Source: Trypanosoma brucei
Lineage: Eukaryota
Direction of reading: 5' to 3'
Length of the DNA stretch: 64,000 nucleotides
NCBI GenBank assembly: GCA_000002445.1
Contig: CM000208.1
Coordinates: forward strand, 3,776,001-3,840,000
Shown here: piece by piece, positions 61,297-64,000 of the stretch
Layout: every line of letters starts with the position of its first letter
Numbering within the stretch: the stretch's first letter is position 1
Translations under genes and position numbers: made by a program
The notes under the pieces: model-generated
What the model was told of the DNA's origin: nothing
The model's database searches: none
What the model saw: the letters and a program-made list of their open reading frames with translations, nothing else

Positions 61297-63891
61297 ATGG
61301 ATTTCCGAACTATCCGGCAATTAGTTGCCGTTGCAGAAGAACTGTATGCTTGCGGTCATTCGCTCCATGCCTTCGCCACGCTGAACGCGCTGCTGGAACG
61401 CGGGACGACCATTCCCAGATGGTATTGGGGAGAGGAAATATACATTAGGGTGAGAGCCGCAGAAATGCTGTTGGAGTCAGATCAGTTGAGTGGTGCTTCC
61501 GAGGCTGCGCGCCTCGACTTAGTTCATTCGGTGCTTGCGCCAGTGTTTTCTCGTCGCTTCTTTGAGAGAGTCACCATGGAACCAATTGTATGGGAAAAAA
61601 ACAACGATGCAAGTAATGGAAGTATTCATTGTAACGGCACGAGTGCTGGTATTACCGCCAGCCGCGTTACCAGAGGGAGAAAAGGCGGGGGCCCACGAAG
61701 GGGAAAAGGGCAACACAAAGAATGTAGGGACAAGGAGGAAAATGAGGAAAGGGAAGCTGACAATGGCAATGTCGTCCCTATCGCTCTTGTTTGCAGGGCG
61801 TACGCCCTCAACGCAGCAGTGCATCGGCGTTGGTTGCGTTACGCGCAGGCAATTAAGCTACTGGAAACGGCGCAACACTGGTGTTCCATTGTTTTCGCGG
61901 CGCTTCCCAGGGCCCCGCAAAGGCTAGAAGGGACTGATAATGTGGAGAAGCAGGAGTACGAAGAGCGTCACTGTTGCGAGGCGTACCTTGCTGCAGAGCT
62001 ATGCCGCGTGTACTACGCACAACTTATGACCACACTAGGAACAGCAGCGGATGGCCACCTAAGTAACGCGGTGGCTCTTCACCAAACCCGCCGGCAGGCC
62101 CTGGATGGACTGCTCCGAACCGCAAAGGAGTACCCGAAGTTTGTGAACTCGCACTCCGTCAGCTCGATCAAAACGGAGAAACGCTGCTCAGCTCAGTGCC
62201 TCTCTTCAGCAGAAAACCCCTTCTCTACCAGGGCAGCAGCGCGTCTCCTCGGTCATTATTGTTGCTGTGCACTTGCTTTTGACTATCGGCTTACTGATGT
62301 TGTTAGGCAGCTCGAGCAATGCGAGTCTCTTTTTGGGCACTCGCGCGAGTTGAGCTATATGCGACAGCTCCTAACGGCGGCGCACCACGGCCCACAAGCA
62401 GTGACAGCCATAAGAAACGAACCTTGTCTCAAGCGTTCGCGGGATGAGTTAGAAAATGGTGTCGATGTTAGGGTCGGGTGGGTCTCTGACGGTGTGTTGA
62501 ACGCCCTGGAGACGTATATTACGCTGTACTTGGCGGTGGGAACTGGGGAAAATGTGGAGCACAACAAAGCCAGCGCCGAAGGTGAATGCAACGTGGACGT
62601 GAAGCGGGTCTTTCACACCACGATGGAACGTATCGATGAGCAAATGACTCTCTTGACCACTGCGGCGTCTTGCGGCTCGAAGGAGAAGCTATTGTCTCCA
62701 ACTTTACTTTGTAGTTCCCCCTCGTCGAACATTCGTTTTCTTGTCATATTAAAGTGTGCGACTCGTTTAACGCTGATATGCCACAGCCTTTCTCAGCTCT
62801 ATGTTGGGGAAGCGATCCTTCACCTCTCGCAGCTCAGGCGCTACATGGAAGTCTTCACCAAAGACACACAACGGTTGTCAGCATATTACCACTTGTTGGC
62901 AGCCCAAACGGCGGCTATGCTTTCACTACGCCATATCCCAGGAACCTTGATGACACCGAATGATAGGTCCCGAGTTGCTGGTGGTAGCGACAACGCCGAG
63001 CAGGCTGGTACCTATTCAAATCACGGAAGCTTCACAGTTGAAAAAAATGATATGGAAGACACTGCAGGGTTTGATGTGGGTTTACCATATGCTCATATTA
63101 GGGCAGCGGAGGCTGTCGCGGCCCACAGCGTTCAGCCCTGCAACCCATCTTTCAAACTGCTCGTGTCCCTCATGAAAGGAGCCTTACTACAACACGCGTC
63201 ACATGTTGGAGCCACGCTGCAATTAGTCAACGGTGGCTTTACGGTTTCACCACTCCCTATCAACCAGCGCCGTCGGTGCGCAGCTGCTTTCGAGGACATT
63301 ATAGATGCACTGAGGCTAAGTGAGGCAAAAACGAATGTAAAAGAAGAGGAGATGGGAAGAGGGGCGCTGGCTAAGGCAGAGTTTGAGGAGGCGTTGCAAT
63401 GCGCGTGGAATGTTGACAATCGGCTCTTGTTGTTACTGATGCGCGGGCTCCTAACTTTAACCGAAGGGAAGGATGGACACACAGCCAACCTGTTCTTTAC
63501 CGAAGCAACAAGGCAGGCGCTGAGCTGCTTTGGTACAAAGAGTAGTATCACTGCGGAGTGCCTACATAGGCTTTCAGTGGCTCGCCGGGATTGTGAGCAG
63601 GTGCAGCTTCTGCCACCGGATCCCTCATCCGTGTCGCCTGTCTTGTTTGGTAGCTTGCAAGAGCTGCTCGACCACACGGACATCGTTGTGGGGAGTGCTC
63701 AGCGTACCTTCAGCATCGCTGCACAGCTGGCCTCTTACGGTAACCGTGCGGTGATGCTGCATTGCGTTTCGAGTGCGGGGATCCCCACCGAACAGGAAAT
63801 GTGGAGCCAAATTGTTAGTGAGTGGGACAGTGAAGTACATCACGTTTGCACGACATTTAGAGGTGACTTGATACATGCACTATCGCTTTAA
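61297..63891 (+). CDS. Hypothetical protein (864 aa)
   Basis: 2.6-kb ORF from an ATG, co-oriented, helical composition. No recognisable motif. Confidence 0.7.
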   Translation: MDFRTIRQLVAVAEELYACGHSLHAFATLNALLERGTTIPRWYWGEEIYIRVRAAEMLLESDQLSGASEAARLDLVHSVLAPVFSRRFFERVTMEPIVWEKNNDASNGSIHCNGTSAGITASRVTRGRKGGGPRRGKGQHKECRDKEENEEREADNGNVVPIALVCRAYALNAAVHRRWLRYAQAIKLLETAQHWCSIVFAALPRAPQRLEGTDNVEKQEYEERHCCEAYLAAELCRVYYAQLMTTLGTAADGHLSNAVALHQTRRQALDGLLRTAKEYPKFVNSHSVSSIKTEKRCSAQCLSSAENPFSTRAAARLLGHYCCCALAFDYRLTDVVRQLEQCESLFGHSRELSYMRQLLTAAHHGPQAVTAIRNEPCLKRSRDELENGVDVRVGWVSDGVLNALETYITLYLAVGTGENVEHNKASAEGECNVDVKRVFHTTMERIDEQMTLLTTAASCGSKEKLLSPTLLCSSPSSNIRFLVILKCATRLTLICHSLSQLYVGEAILHLSQLRRYMEVFTKDTQRLSAYYHLLAAQTAAMLSLRHIPGTLMTPNDRSRVAGGSDNAEQAGTYSNHGSFTVEKNDMEDTAGFDVGLPYAHIRAAEAVAAHSVQPCNPSFKLLVSLMKGALLQHASHVGATLQLVNGGFTVSPLPINQRRRCAAAFEDIIDALRLSEAKTNVKEEEMGRGALAKAEFEEALQCAWNVDNRLLLLLMRGLLTLTEGKDGHTANLFFTEATRQALSCFGTKSSITAECLHRLSVARRDCEQVQLLPPDPSSVSPVLFGSLQELLDHTDIVVGSAQRTFSIAAQLASYGNRAVMLHCVSSAGIPTEQEMWSQIVSEWDSEVHHVCTTFRGDLIHALSL

Positions 63892-64000
63892 ATATACGGT
63901 ATATACGATGATATGCGGAGCATGCCCGTATAAATTTCCTTCAATGGTTTCTTTTCAGATAGCAATCCTGTGAGATCTTGCTCGCTTTGTGAGAGTGTTC

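Noticed and set aside
1-64000. Bacterial-style interpretation (operons, RBS, promoters, CRISPR, integrons)
   Set aside because: The gene sizes, the eukaryote-specific products (APC10, FCF1, actin-related protein, ankyrin/SPRY, RING) and the spacer structure all indicate a eukaryotic kinetoplastid-type locus. No Shine-Dalgarno or sigma-promoter calls were made.

Overview
This window looks like nuclear DNA from a kinetoplastid, most likely a Trypanosoma-like trypanosomatid. Supporting evidence: there are no introns, every gene is co-oriented, and intergenic regions are rich in polypyrimidine and (GT)n tracts. This organism call is an inference and has not been checked against any database.

Gene organisation: about 18 protein-coding genes lie on the + strand, consistent with the interior of one polycistronic transcription unit. 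No real gene lies on the - strand, and there is no strand-switch region.

Housekeeping genes recognisable from conserved motifs:
- APC10/DOC1, a subunit of the anaphase-promoting complex
- a mitochondrial carrier family protein
- a PCI-domain protein
- a LisH + WD40 protein
- COX19, a twin-Cx9C protein
- an actin-related protein
- FCF1/UTP24, a PIN-domain rRNA-processing protein

Giant repeat-bearing ORFs:
- an 1885-aa, 5'-truncated membrane protein with 12 copies of a 66-bp repeat
- a 3452-aa Ser/Glu-rich protein with about 25.7 near-identical 210-bp repeats, then about 22 copies of a 72-bp repeat
- a 3460-aa SPRY + ankyrin-repeat protein
- a 1748-aa RING-finger protein with 3.3 perfect copies of a 525-bp repeat

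Most interesting feature: a non-coding tandem array of 4.07 copies of a 1208-bp unit (34318-39236). Each unit carries at least one well-formed box C/D snoRNA candidate (terminal stem, C, D', C' and D boxes), plus further C/D-like motifs. The array is best explained as a tandemly reiterated snoRNA gene cluster.

Other notable points:
- a 23-bp perfect-stem hairpin at 47177-47233
- many alternate-frame and antisense ORFs in the track are artefacts of the repeats
- the track sometimes begins ORFs at TTG/GTG; ATG starts were re-derived where that was visible
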